Origin: the human T2T-CHM13v2.0 reference genome, Homo sapiens
Reading direction: 5' to 3' (one strand)
Length of the DNA stretch: 64,000 nt
Assembly: GCF_009914755.1 (NCBI RefSeq)
Contig: NC_060931.1
Shown one piece after another: positions 52,855-64,000 of this stretch (position 1 is its first letter; the number at the start of each line of letters is the position of its first letter). The notes under the pieces are model-generated. The model had not been told where the DNA came from. It searched no databases and saw only the letters and a list, made by a program, of their open reading frames with translations. Made by a program: the position numbers and the translations under genes.

Positions 52855-53685
52855 GGCCTCTGCAGGATCAGCTAAATTTAAGTTGGAAAGAATTTAGAGC
52901 CTTTTATTTGAGTGATCCCCAATTAAGGTGAGCTTATTTGGAAACAGCAGTATCAGAGACATTAAGTAGAATTTGTAAATGGGAATATATTGCCTCCAGA
53001 ATGAAAAAAAGAACTAAAAGATGTTGAAAGTTTATGTTTATAATGAGTATGTCAAATAAAACTCCTTAGGGGAAGATGTTATCAACTTAATATCAAACCT
53101 GTGCTGCTGGAGAAAGGTGGGTGCAGTTAAGCTCTTGTCTGCAAAGATTGCATGCAATGGCAACACTGTTGAGGTGCCCTATAAGGCGAACTAGGAAAAG
53201 CATACTTTTTTCCTTGGAGATAAAGGCAAAATACAGTCAAGAGGCCATTGAAATAGCCACCAAAGTTAAATATTAGCAAAATCTATAATAGCAAAGTATT
53301 TACTGGTTATTAGTTAAATGATGTAATTTTAATAATTTAGGTATTACGCATGAGGATCACAACAGATGAAACCGCAGCATTGTAATAAACCACCCTGAGG
53401 CGTCTGTCTTTATTTATTTTTTTTGAGGTTTGCAAATATTAGTTAAATTTTATACAAATAAGTTTGAATTCCTGAAGGTCCTTTTAAAATTTACATTGGA
53501 ACATCTTAACTGTTTTAGTAAGGGGGCCCACAGGGTCTTGTTTCTCAGGCTTATTTTTCAGTGCCAAAAACTTTATTTAATTTTAATGCATTGCTCATTG
53601 TATCAGAACACATATGCTCAAAATGGAATTTAGAAAACCCTATAAGTAAAGTAAAGAATACCTATTTTTTCTCTATTTAAAATTT

Positions 53686-53855
53686 TTTTAAGTTTTTGTT
53701 TGTTTGTTTGTTTGTTTAAGAGATGGCGGTCTCATTATGTTGCCAAGGCTGGCGTGCAGTGGCTATTCACAGGTGCAATCATAGCTCACTACAACCGTGA
53801 TCCTCCTCAGCCTCCTGATTAATTGGGACTACAGGCATGTACTACTGGACCAGGC
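53686..53855 (-). mobile_element. FAM (fossil Alu monomer)
   Basis: 7SL-derived diagnostic GCAGTGGCTATTCACAGGTGCAATCATAG; (TTTG)n tail; TSD TCTATTTAAAATTT / TCTATTTTATATTT. Confidence 0.88.
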
Positions 53856-54904
53856 TCTATTTTATATTTAGTTACTCTCCCAAGAATATCAGAAGTATTA
53901 TGTTTAAATTTAGCAAGATCCCTGAGTAAAACTCTAAGTTGAGACCCAGTCTGATTAAGTCTGTAAAGCTTTGTCGTTTGGTGTATTTTAGCAGATCTTA
54001 AAGTTAAGTTAGAACCTATCTTTTACAGACAGAAAAGCCCAATCAGTACACATTTCATATTAGTGTTATAAAAAATATTTTAGCAGATTTTTGGATTTCT
54101 AATTAGGTTAATTTATGTACAAATTTTTTTGTGTGTATACGTATATATACAGAGTTATATAAGTAAATAAATATGTGTATATATACACATACTATTTATT
54201 TTTAAATTTCTTCTCCTATATCAAAGTTTTCTCTTTATTCCATTATTTCTCCTCTGTTTTGGGCTTCTAGCCTCCTGAAGTCATGGTTTTTAGTTTCCAT
54301 CTGTATCTAATAGTTCATAATTCAAACCTGGGTGGTTACAGGAAAGGAGTTGGGGAAGCGGCCCAGTGGTCTGCCTTGTAGGCAGCCATTCTTCATCCTA
54401 AGGCTTCCCAGTCTACCTGTGAAAGAATGGGATTTCACTTGAGAGCTGCAGTCACCTGTCCTTGGGACAGGCAATAAGTTCCTTTAAGTTTTTTCCCTTT
54501 GCATGTTGACCTGCAGGGGCACTTACTAAAGCCCAATCACACTGGCTAGGGGCCTTGCATCATTTAAGCAACTGGGTAACTTTTGCAGGTGTTCAGAAGG
54601 GGGTTGCTGGGGTGAGATATTTGTTTCCTTGCCACAGACAGCCTCTCTGGGTTAAACATTGAATGGCTGGTATCCAACGGGGCAGCCCATGATATTCCTG
54701 AGGATCTGGGGAACTTGAAGTTCCCTAAAAACAGCAACAAAATATGCAGCAAAGAAGGCAGGTCGACGGCTACCCGACCAGAGCAACACTGACTATGAGA
54801 CAGGGGTGCCATTTCTTTACCATGGGGGACCCCAGCCAACATCTTTTTTCACAAAGGTTGCCTGAAACACATGGACAAATCATCATTCTGCCCTAATTAA
54901 TGAT

Positions 54905-55547
54905 TATACAATAAAAAGTATCCGAAACAAGTCTCAATCAATTTAGAAGTTTATTTTGCCAAGGTTAAGGGCATGCCTGTGACACAGCATCAGGAAGTCC
55001 TGACAACATATGCAGGGCAGTTGTGCTACAGCTTGGTTTTAAACATTTTAGGGAGACAGAAGAAATCAATCAATACATGTAAGATGTACATTAGTTTGGT
55101 CTGGAAAGGTGGGACAACTTGAAGTGGTGGGGGCTTCCAGGTCATAGGTAGATTCAAAGATTTTCTGATTGGCAATTGGTTGAAAGAGTTTATCTAAAGA
55201 TCTGGAGTAGAAGAAAGTGACTGCATTAAGATAAGGGTTTGTTGAGATCAAGGTTCCTATTGTGCAGGTAAAGTCATCAGGTAGCAGGCTTCAGAGAGAA
55301 TAGATTGAAAATGTTTCCGATCAGACTGAAAGAGTCTGTTCTATCAGTCATAGGGTCTCTGTTTTAATGTCAATGCTGGTCAGTTGTGCCTGAATTTCAA
55401 AGGGAGGAGAGTATAATGAGGCATGTCCAGCCCTTACTTCCCATCGTGGCCCTGAACTAGTGTTTCAGGTTAACTTTGGAATGCTGTTGGCCATGGAGAT
55501 GGTCTGTCAGTCAGTTAGTGGGCTTAGAATTTTATTTCTGGTATATG
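54905..55547 (-). mobile_element. MER4A/B ERV1 solo LTR
   Basis: GTCTCAATCAATTTAGAAGTTTATTTTGCCAAGGTTAAG, CAGGTAGCAGGCTTCAGAGAGAATAG, TCAGGTTAACTTTGGAATGC, GGCTTAGAATTTTATTT; possible 4-bp TSD TGAT / TAAT. Confidence 0.92.
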
Positions 55548-55920
55548 TAATAAAAAAGGAAACAAAGAGGTAAGGGCATCTGGGGTCAGCCTCTGTTGAA
55601 CACAGTGACTAGAAAGAGGATAGAATGCCCAACGCCAGAAAGTGCAGTTTTAGCGGCCCATCACTCCCATATCCATGGGGTGGGCCCCCACCAAGGCTTT
55701 TATTGAGCCTCCAGAGTTTAATCTGTTAGCACTGTTCATTAGAATATTCTGAGCGATGTGGGGATACATGGCAAACACAGACAGACACAGCAGCAGGCAA
55801 CAGGGCTAAAGCACAAGCTCCAGTTCTGTCCAAGTCACTCTCATAGAGGTCTGGAACCAATTAGTAAGCCAAGAGCAGCCTCTTGAAAAGCTATCCAAGA
55901 GTCAGCAGTCACGGCCATGC

Positions 55921-55938
55921 TATCTGCTCACAGTGCAA
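55921..55938 (-). promoter_or_regulatory. Primer binding site, tRNA-Ser-like
   Basis: Plus strand ATCTGCTCACAGTGCAA resembles the tRNA-Ser(CGA) 3' end ATCCTGCTCACAGCGCCA (recalled), 2 nt inside the 5' LTR. Confidence 0.7.
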
Positions 55939-55940
55939 AT

Positions 55941-56361
55941 TGTTTTATAAGATTTAAGGATTATTTTGATGGAAGGATACAACACACTGTCACTCAAATA
56001 CATGAAAGGCAGAATTTCTTATTACTTTCAGCTATTAATAAGAGAAGGCTGCCAGGCAGGTCCATATAGGGAATTGCACTCAGGGACAGGGTAGCAGCAA
56101 AAGAGAGCTGTAGGAGGCAGCTATTTAGGGTATCCATGGCAAGCAAGGTGGGGTTAGCTAGGTTTCTCAGACTGCCTTCTGGTTGGTTATAATGCTGTGC
56201 CTAATTGTCTGGGATTTGGCCTGGGGCAATTAGGGCTTGTGCATAATGACCCACAGTATGAGAACCTGATTAAGGAAGTGGTTGGAGTGTGGAAGAAATC
56301 AGGCTCCGAGAAAGGGCAATTGACCAGTCTCTAACCAGAACCTCAAAATTGACTAAAGATA
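55941..56361 (-). repeat. 5' LTR of provirus
   Basis: TGTTTTATAAGATTTAAGGATTATTTTGATGG...CTCAAAATTGACTAAAGATA; shared blocks AAAGGCAGAA, AGCTGTAGG, TTAGCTAG, GGTTGGAGTGTGGA. Confidence 0.85.
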
Positions 56362-56967
56362 TTAAAAAATTAAAAATCCCAAACCAAAAACTATATGTCT
56401 ACATTATACCACAGGTAAAACAGGATTATGAATTAATAGTGGTAATAATTTTTAATTTTTTAAATTCATTTTGAAAAGTCTTATTCTAAAATGATTGAAT
56501 TAGGAAAGTTACCTACATATTTTAAATTTCCATTCCTGAGACAGGAAGAAAAAAAGTGTTTGTCTTTTCCATTTCTAAATTCCCAAGAAACTACAGACAT
56601 AAATTACTAGCTAAAACAACAGCATAAGCCCAAACAAAAAGCATCTCAGAAAAAAGAACAGGTATTTATGCTTTCTTTGTTCTGTTGATGACTCTCAAAA
56701 GTTGCATATATAGCAAATATGATAAATTAATATACTTATCTATAATTTCTATCTCTTATATTGAATAAATGATAGTGACAGTTACAATAAATTCTATGCC
56801 TTTTCACAAGTATATTGCACAAATTTAAGGAAAATAAGTGGGTTTACTGAAGTACAAGTGATATAAAATAAGCTGTCTATATTTAAAGTAACAAATTTTA
56901 TACTTTTTAACCAAATATATCAGTATACATCTCTACATAGTTACACATAAAAAATAGAGTAGGTAAA

Positions 56968-56996
56968 TAGATGATAGATAGATAAATAGATAGATA
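56968..56996. repeat. (GATA)n imperfect microsatellite
   Basis: TAGATGATAGATAGATAAATAGATAGATA. Confidence 0.8.
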
Positions 56997-57336
56997 AGTT
57001 TGCTAGGGTTGCCATAACAAAGTTCCACAACCTGAGTTAAACAACAGAAATTTATTTTCTCATCATTCTAGAGGTTAAAAGTTTAAGGCATTAGCAGGGT
57101 TGGTTTCTCCTGAGACATTCTCTTTAGGTTGTAAATAGCCACCTTGTTCTCCCCGTGCTCTTCCCTCTGTATTTACTGAGTCATAATCTCTTCTTCTTAT
57201 AAGGACACCAGTTATATGGGATTAGGGCCTACTCATTTAATCACATTTCTAAAGACCCCATCTCCAATTACCATCCCATTCTGAAGTGGTGCTAGGGGTT
57301 AAGACTTCAACATATGAATTTTGGAGGGATGCAATT

Positions 57337-57340
<4 letters not shown>
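56995..57340 (-). mobile_element. MLT1A-type MaLR solo LTR
   Basis: AGTTTGCTAGGGTTGCCATAACAAAG, AACAACAGAAATTTATTTTCTCA, CTTATAAGGACACCAG, GACTTCAACATATGAATTTTGG. Confidence 0.88.

Positions 57341-57384
<44 letters not shown>
57340..57384. repeat. (CA)n microsatellite, ~22 units
   Basis: Read directly. Confidence 0.97.
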
Positions 57385-57386
<2 letters not shown>

Positions 57387-59285
57387 TTGACCCTGTTTGC
57401 GGATGACATGATCTTTCACCCAGGAAACCCTATCATCTTAGCCCAAATCTTCTTAAGCTGATAAGCAACTTCAGCAAAGTCTCAGGATACAAAATCAATG
57501 TGTAAAAAAATTGCTAGCATTCCTATACACCAACAGTCAAGCTAAGGGCCAAATCACCAACAAACTCACATTCACAATTACCACAAAAAGAATAAAATAC
57601 CTAGGAATACAGCTAACTAGGGAGGTGAAAGATCTCTACGAGGAGAACTACAAACCACTGCTCAAATAAATGAGAGAGGACACAAACAAATGAAAACATA
57701 TTACATGCTCAAGGATAAAAAGAATCCATATCGTTAAAATGACCATACTGCCCAAAGTAACTTATAGATTCAATGTTATTTCCATTATATTGACATTTTT
57801 CACAGAACTAGAAAAAACTATTTTAAAATTCATATGGAACAAAAAAGAGCCCAAATAGCCAAGGCAATCCTAAGCAAAAAGAGCAAAGCTGGAGGCATCA
57901 CGTTACCTGACTTCAAACTATACTACAGGTCTACAGTAACCAAAACAGCATGGTACTCATACAAGAACAGACACATAGACCAATGGAACAGAATAGAGAA
58001 CCTAGAAATATGACCATACACCTATCTGATGTTCAACAAACCTAACGAAAACAAGCAACGGGGAAAGGATTCCCTATTCAATAAATGGTGCTGGGACAAC
58101 TGGCTAGCCATATGCAGAAGATTGAAACTGGACCCCTTCCTTACTCCACATACAAAAATTAACACAAGAGGGATTCAATACTTAAATGTAACCCATGACT
58201 ATAAAAACCCTGGAAGAAGACAACACAGGCAATACCATTGAGGACACAGGCTTGGGCAAAGATTTCATGACAAAGAAGCCAAAAGCAATGGCAACAGAAG
58301 CAAACATTGACAAATGGGTTCTAATTAAACTAAAGAGTTTCTGCACAGCAAATGAAACTATAAATGGAGTAAATAGATGACCTACAGAATGGAGGAACAT
58401 TTTTGCAAACTGTACATCTGACAAAGGTCTAATATACAGGATCTAAAAGGAACTTAAACAAATTTATAAGGAAAAATCCCAACCCCATAAAAATGTGGGC
58501 AGATGACATGAACAGACACTTTCCAAAAGAAGACATACATGAGGCCAACAACCATATAAAAAAAGCTCAACATCACTGATCATTAGAGAAATGCAAATCA
58601 AAACCACAATGAAATACCATCTAACACCAGTCAGAATGGCAACTACAGAAAAGTCAAAAAATAAAAGATGCTGGCAAGGTTGTGGAGGAAAAGGAACACT
58701 TATATCCTGTTGGTGGAAGTATGAATTAGTTCAGCCTTTGTGGAAGACAGTATGGTGATTCCTAAGAGAGAAATACCATTCAACCCAGCAATCCCATTAC
58801 TAGATATATACTCAAAGGAATATAAATCATTATATTATAAAGACACAGGCATTCATATGTTCATTGCAGCACTATTTACAATAGCAAAGACATGGACTTA
58901 ACCTAAATGTCCATCAATGGTAGACTGGATAAAGAAAATGTGGTACATATACTCCATGGAATACTCTGCAGCCACAAGAAAGAACAAGATCATGTCCTTT
59001 GCAGGGGCATGGATGGAGCTGGAGGCCATATCCCTAGCAAACTAATACAAGAACAGAAAACCAAATACCACATGCTCACTTATAAGTGGGAGCTAAATAA
59101 TGAGAACAAATAGACACATAGAGGGGAACAACACACACTGTGGGCTAGGAGGAGGGACACAATCAAGAAAAACAACTAATGGGTACTAGGCCTAAAACCT
59201 GGGTGATGAAACAAACCCCTATGACAAAGTTAACCTATGCAACAAACCTGCACATGTACCTCTGAACTTAAAATTTTTAAAAAAA
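57385..59285 (+). mobile_element. 5'-truncated L1PA (L1PA13-like), ORF2 from the RT FADD motif to poly(A)
   Basis: CTGTTTGCGGATGACATGATC = LFADDMI; [23 protein letters not shown]; 3' UTR AACTAATGGGTACTAGGC..CCTGGGTGATGAAA; disrupted frames. Confidence 0.92.
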
Positions 59286-59289
59286 GTTT

Positions 59290-60410
59290 TTAATAAATGA
59301 CTTCAAATTCCACTTTTTAAAACTAGAAAAATAAGAGATGCAAAGTCGAAGTAAATGAAAAAAAAATAAAGATCAGAGCACAAATTGATGAAGTACAAAG
59401 CAGAAAGGAATACACGAAATTAATAAACCTAAAATCATGTTCTGTGAGATTGTCAATATCACTGGTAAATCTCTAGCAAGACTGAAAAGAAAAAAATATA
59501 CAGAAGACACAAATTCCCAATATCAAGAATGAGAAATGCTGTATCAGTAAAATTCTTGAAAAATTAAAAAATAAGAGAATATTACGAATATATATATGCC
59601 TATATATTCAATAAGTTAGGTTGCAGGATACATTAGCATACAAATATTTTATTTCATTTCTATATACTAACAATAAACAATTAGAAATTAAAATTTTCAG
59701 TAGCATCAAAAATATGAAATTCTAGACACAAATAATGAAGACGAGAAATTTTGGGAAGTGGAAACAAACAAAAAAAAACTATTTTGAAGTTCTTTCCAAG
59801 TCTTTCATGTCTCAATCAGCATTGTCTTTTTCCTATACTTAAAGGAAAGGCATTTAGTCTTTTGCTATTAAGCATAATGTTAGCTTTAGGTTTTTCAATG
59901 ATGCTGTTAATTAGGTTAAGGAGCTTCCCTTATACAGGTATCCCTAGTTTTAAGAAGATTTTTATTAGTAATGGAATTTAAATTGTTTTCAAAAAAATTT
60001 TTTATTCCCATACGAGTTTGTGTTTAGTTAATATTGGTGTATTACATTAATTGGTTTCAAATACCAACCTTGCATTCCTGGGATAAACCTATTTGATCAT
60101 GATGTATGATCTTCTTTATATTGTAAGATTTGATTTGTTTATAATATGTATATCTATATTCATGAAGTGATATTGTTAGATTGTTTTCTTGTGATGATTT
60201 TGTCTGGGCTTGGTTTGCATCAAAATTGTAGTGCAGGTTCTTTCCAGTGCTATAAGGCAATCAATACATAATAGGCATCCAGAAGGATAAAGAATAAATA
60301 AAACTGTCTTTATCCAAAGACAATATGATCCTGAAAACTTACTAACCTCACTTATTTGTCTAATAGCTTTTTTGTGGATTCTATAGGATTTTCTGCATAA
60401 CAATGTGAGA
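59290..60410. mobile_element. Mosaic of old L1M ORF2 fragments in both orientations
   Basis: Plus 59290-59770 (AAACTAGAAAAA, GAAGACACAAATTCCCAATATCAAGAATGA); minus 59790-60240 (AAAGGAAAGGCATTTAGTCTTTT, CCAACCTTGCATTCCTGGGATAAAC); further short flips to 60410. Confidence 0.75.
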
Positions 60411-61921
60411 ATGAACTCCACATCAGGAAATTTATGCAATCATTCTTGATAAAAATATTCCATAAATGAAGAATAGATAGAAGCATCTTATATATCCTAT
60501 GGATGACAATTTGATAAAATGTACAAAAGTTATAATTCAAATACCTCTAATCTAGGCATCCCACTGTGGAACATTTACTCTACAGTTATCTCTAAAGCCA
60601 TGCTAAAACTATAAATGTGACAGTTTAATTATTGGTAATAGCAGTAAGTGTTACCTAAATTATGAACCATCTTTTCAACGAAATGGTAAGTACAGAAAAA
60701 ACAAACTGCAAACAAAAACCCTAACAACAACAATATCTTCAAGCTATCTCATGTTAGAAGGTAAATGCCACAAAGGCAGGAGTTTTTAAACTACAGTGTT
60801 CTGTTGTATATCCAATTATTAGAACAACACCCAAAACACAGTAGGTACTCAATAATAGTTAATACACCTGAAACGCCATAGGTGTATGAATATACCATAT
60901 ACAGTACATGGCATAGCTATAAAAGTACATTGTGCTCTAGTAAAAACTCAACAAATATATAGTACTATTATTTTATGAAGTAATACAAAAAGCTTTATAT
61001 TATTTTATGAGTACACTGTTAAGTAAAAAGTATAGGACAATGCATCTAAAAACAACCTGTATGTAAAAAAAAGGTAGAAAATAAGAATCCTATTTGTATT
61101 TGCTTGATAAGCAAAGTATGTTTGTGTGTGTGTGCGTGTATGTGTGTATATATGCTAAAAATTTGACATTAATAATTAACTATGATGGTAAATGCAAGTC
61201 ACGGATAGAGGTGGGTGAATTTTATTGGAAGGCACCCACGGTAGGTTGGAAACTTTAAACTGCATGAATGTTTTGAATTGCGTGAGTATATGATCTATGA
61301 AGAATTTGCATAATTATACAAAACTTTGTGTAGTCATAATTTTGATAAGTGCTGCAAATAAAAATACAGTATCATGATATACATATAATACAGTATGGGT
61401 ATACTATATATAGTATAGCTGTAAAAACACATTGTACTCTAGTAAAAATTCAACAAGTATATGGTATTTTTATGAAGGAATAAAAAACTTGATGTTAATT
61501 ATTTTATGAATTCATGTGACAATATTGGGTAAAGTGTTTTGTATTATGTAATGAGATGTATGGTTTAGGTGTTTTTACCTCAAAGATATCTTGCTAGTAC
61601 TGTAAATGTTATTATATTGTGTTTTAGTGTATAATTTATCATTCACTTAAGGTGAGGATGGTCTAATACAAAAGTTAACTCCAAGCATTATTCAGCCATA
61701 AATTAATAAAGATAACTGACTCAATCTATCAGGGACTATGACTCCTTGACATGAACAACTAACTTTAGAGTAAAACTCCAATAAGTGATACTTCGCTTGC
61801 TAGTAAAACTTTCTTTTCCATTTAATACAGACCACAAGTATGAAATGTTTAAAATGTTGCTGCCGATTTTATATTCCAAAGCAAAATGTAATACCAAATA
61901 ATAGATCTGGGAATAAGAAAA

Positions 61922-62035
61922 GAGATATTAAATATTTTATTTGCATTTTTATTAGAAAATAATTTAGCATCAAAATATGAGATATTAAATATTTTGTTTG
62001 CATTTTTAATAGAAAATAATTTAGCATCAAAATAT
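61922..62035. repeat. 57-bp tandem duplication (2 copies)
   Basis: GAGATATTAAATATTTT(A/G)TTTGCATTTTTA(T/A)TAGAAAATAATTTAGCATCAAAATAT x2, two mismatches. Confidence 0.95.
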
Positions 62036-62214
62036 AAGGAATGTTAAATTAGAGGGAAAACTAAGGTGAAATACATCAAGACTGCAAGTACACTAATAAC
62101 AAAAATAAAATAATGTGGATTTATTTGTGATTTTTTTTAAGGGAGGCAGTGACTTACCAGTCGCACTTTTGATGACCCATTCTTAGTCCCTCTCCTTCTT
62201 AATATATCAATATT

Positions 62215-63465
62215 AGACCTGGTTGATAATGCCCCCCTTTTTCTTTAAGGTTATCACTCTCTTCGGGGTGCTTTATCAACTTACTGGTTTCCTTTTAGTC
62301 TCTCTAAGTGGCTTTCCCTCATTTCTCCAACTTTAATCCTTAAATGTCGAAGGGCTCAGTCCTTGGCCCTAACATCATTTTTTTTTTCAATGTACACTCA
62401 TTCCCTTGATGATCTCAGCTAATAAAATCTGTCTTTAAAAAGCCATCCATTCACTGATAACTCTGAAATTTATCTCTACTGTGGTACTCTCCAATTAAGT
62501 CCAAGTTCATATATTCAATTATCTATTTTACATTTGTAATTCTAAATAATGTCAGTCTACATTAGTCATACTAACCATATCTAAAACCAAACTCCAGCCC
62601 CCACCCACCTCACTTTCACATTTTGCACTCTTGCTTATACAAATAAGTCGAAATGCTATTCTTCCAATTTCCACTAGCTGGAAGATAGGGAATAGTCATC
62701 ACTGACTCTTTTCTCATACATTTTTCTCATACCCACAACCACCCATCAGCAAATTCTGCCGACTCATGTTCAAAATATACCTACTATGTTTCTAAGTATC
62801 CCACCTCTTTTTTGTCCAAGTCACCAATATATTTTACTTGGATTATTAAAATATCTTCCTAACTGGCTTCCCTGCTTTCACTCATCCCTCTGAAGAATAT
62901 ACTCCACAGATAAGCCATAATAATGATCCTTTTATAACTTAATCAGAGCATGTCTTTTCCCCACTCAGCTCTTACAGTGGGCCTTCACCTTAATTAGAGT
63001 AGGAGTCAAAGTCCTTACCATGGCCTATAATCCCTAATTGCCCTATCTGATGCTGCTAACCATCTGGCCATACCTGTATCACCCTCTTACTTACTCTGCT
63101 TCTGTCTCATTGGCCTTTCTGAACTTCCTTGAATGCACTCCAGTGTAATTCTTTTTCCTCAAAATGTCCTCAATTAAGTCACCTGCTCAGGTCTTTGCTC
63201 GGATGTTACCATATCAGAGATCTTCCCTGAGTGTCCTGTATAAAATAAACCCAGTGTTTTCTAGCTTTCTTGTTCTGCTTTATTTTCTTTTCCAGTTTTC
63301 ATCACCAAATATATATTAATTTGTTTACTTCAAGGCTTTCTCCAGAATATCAGTTTCATGAAGGCAGAGCTCTTGTCTATTTTTTTCCTGTATGTATCCA
63401 CAATCCTTATAAAATGCTTCTCAAATGATAGGAAGCTTAATAACTACTTGCTGAATGAGTAAGTG
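62215..63465 (+). mobile_element. L2 (L2a-like) 3' ~1.2 kb
   Basis: AGGGCTCAGTCCTTGGCCC, CCCATCAGCAAATTCTG, CTTCCTAACTGGCTTCCCTGCTT, AAAGTCCTTACCATGGCCTATAA, CATGAAGGCAGAG, TTGCTGAATGAG terminus. Confidence 0.88.
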
Positions 63466-64000
63466 ATCAGAGAAGTAATAAAAATACCAATTATTCATGA
63501 ACCTAGCATTGTCAAATAAGACAGTAAGGATGTGAACCTGAAAATAGACATTTTTGCTCTCTTGTTATGCAGCAACAACTAAAATTTAGTATATAATCAA
63601 TAGAGAAACCTGTTACTAAACTTTTAAATATAATTGCAAAATAATAATTGGTTACGTGGATAAATACATAATCCATCTTCACTAATGGCGAGGAATATAA
63701 AAATGAAATTAATGTGGAATGCAATTCCACAAAAATGGAATGCAATTATGCCAAATTACCATCCGCCTGTATTTCTTTCATTTTGTTTTCTTTAATGTTT
63801 TTTTGAGGGTGGGATATTTAACTTGTTGACCACAGCATTATATATGTTGAAATTATTTAAAAGTATTATTCACTTATAGAAATTAAACTATTTATCTAAA
63901 TGGATAAAGAACTGATAGTTCTTCGGATTCTGTGGTCTTTCCTGGATTCCTTTATTGTAGTTGAGACAGTAAAAAACATTTTAAAAATTATACCACTTCT

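Larger units (their letters stand above)
46391..56361 (-). mobile_element. Two-LTR class III (ERVL-type) provirus, degenerate; LTR52-like (family name tentative)
   Basis: Direct-repeat LTRs at both ends; TSD TTACA / TTAAA; PBS next to the right LTR. Minus-strand translations resemble ERVL pol: RT (GHLNSVAIACNLCRQEL, ~53130-53190), tether (LEQKMLATYWNLLEIEALADPEPVILHNQLPIMPWI, ~51640-51750), RNaseH (CMDGT ~51400; LQVVILALDAL ~51290). Confidence 0.85.

Noticed and set aside
54564-54842. 92-aa ORF as intact Gag or zinc knuckle
   Set aside because: It lies in the expected gag position, but no CX2CX4HX4C or other Gag motif can be read.

Overview
AT-rich, CpG-depleted primate (very probably human) non-coding DNA. 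No intact protein-coding gene is supported: the ORF track is explained by L1, Alu, ERV, microsatellite and pseudogene sequence. Much of the window is interspersed repeat (L1, L2, MIR, Alu/FLAM/FAM, MaLR/ERV LTRs, hAT and Tigger relics). The main structure is a ~10 kb two-LTR class III (ERVL-type) provirus on the minus strand (46391-56361). It has a 5-bp TSD, a tRNA-Ser-like PBS and recognisable RT/RNaseH remnants. Four later insertions sit inside it, all also on the minus strand: a 5'-inverted (twin-primed) L1PA7-like element, a 5'-truncated GTF3A (TFIIIA) processed pseudogene, a FAM monomer and a MER4 solo LTR. Unique sequence at ~41.4-43.7 kb has a strong minus-strand splice donor and RFX/CRE-like motifs and may hold a non-coding first exon. 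If the pseudogene is GTF3AP5 at 7p21, the host could be DGKB, but this is inference only. I found no convincing wholly new biological system. Repeat names were assigned by eye from remembered consensus sequences, and boundaries of old elements are approximate.
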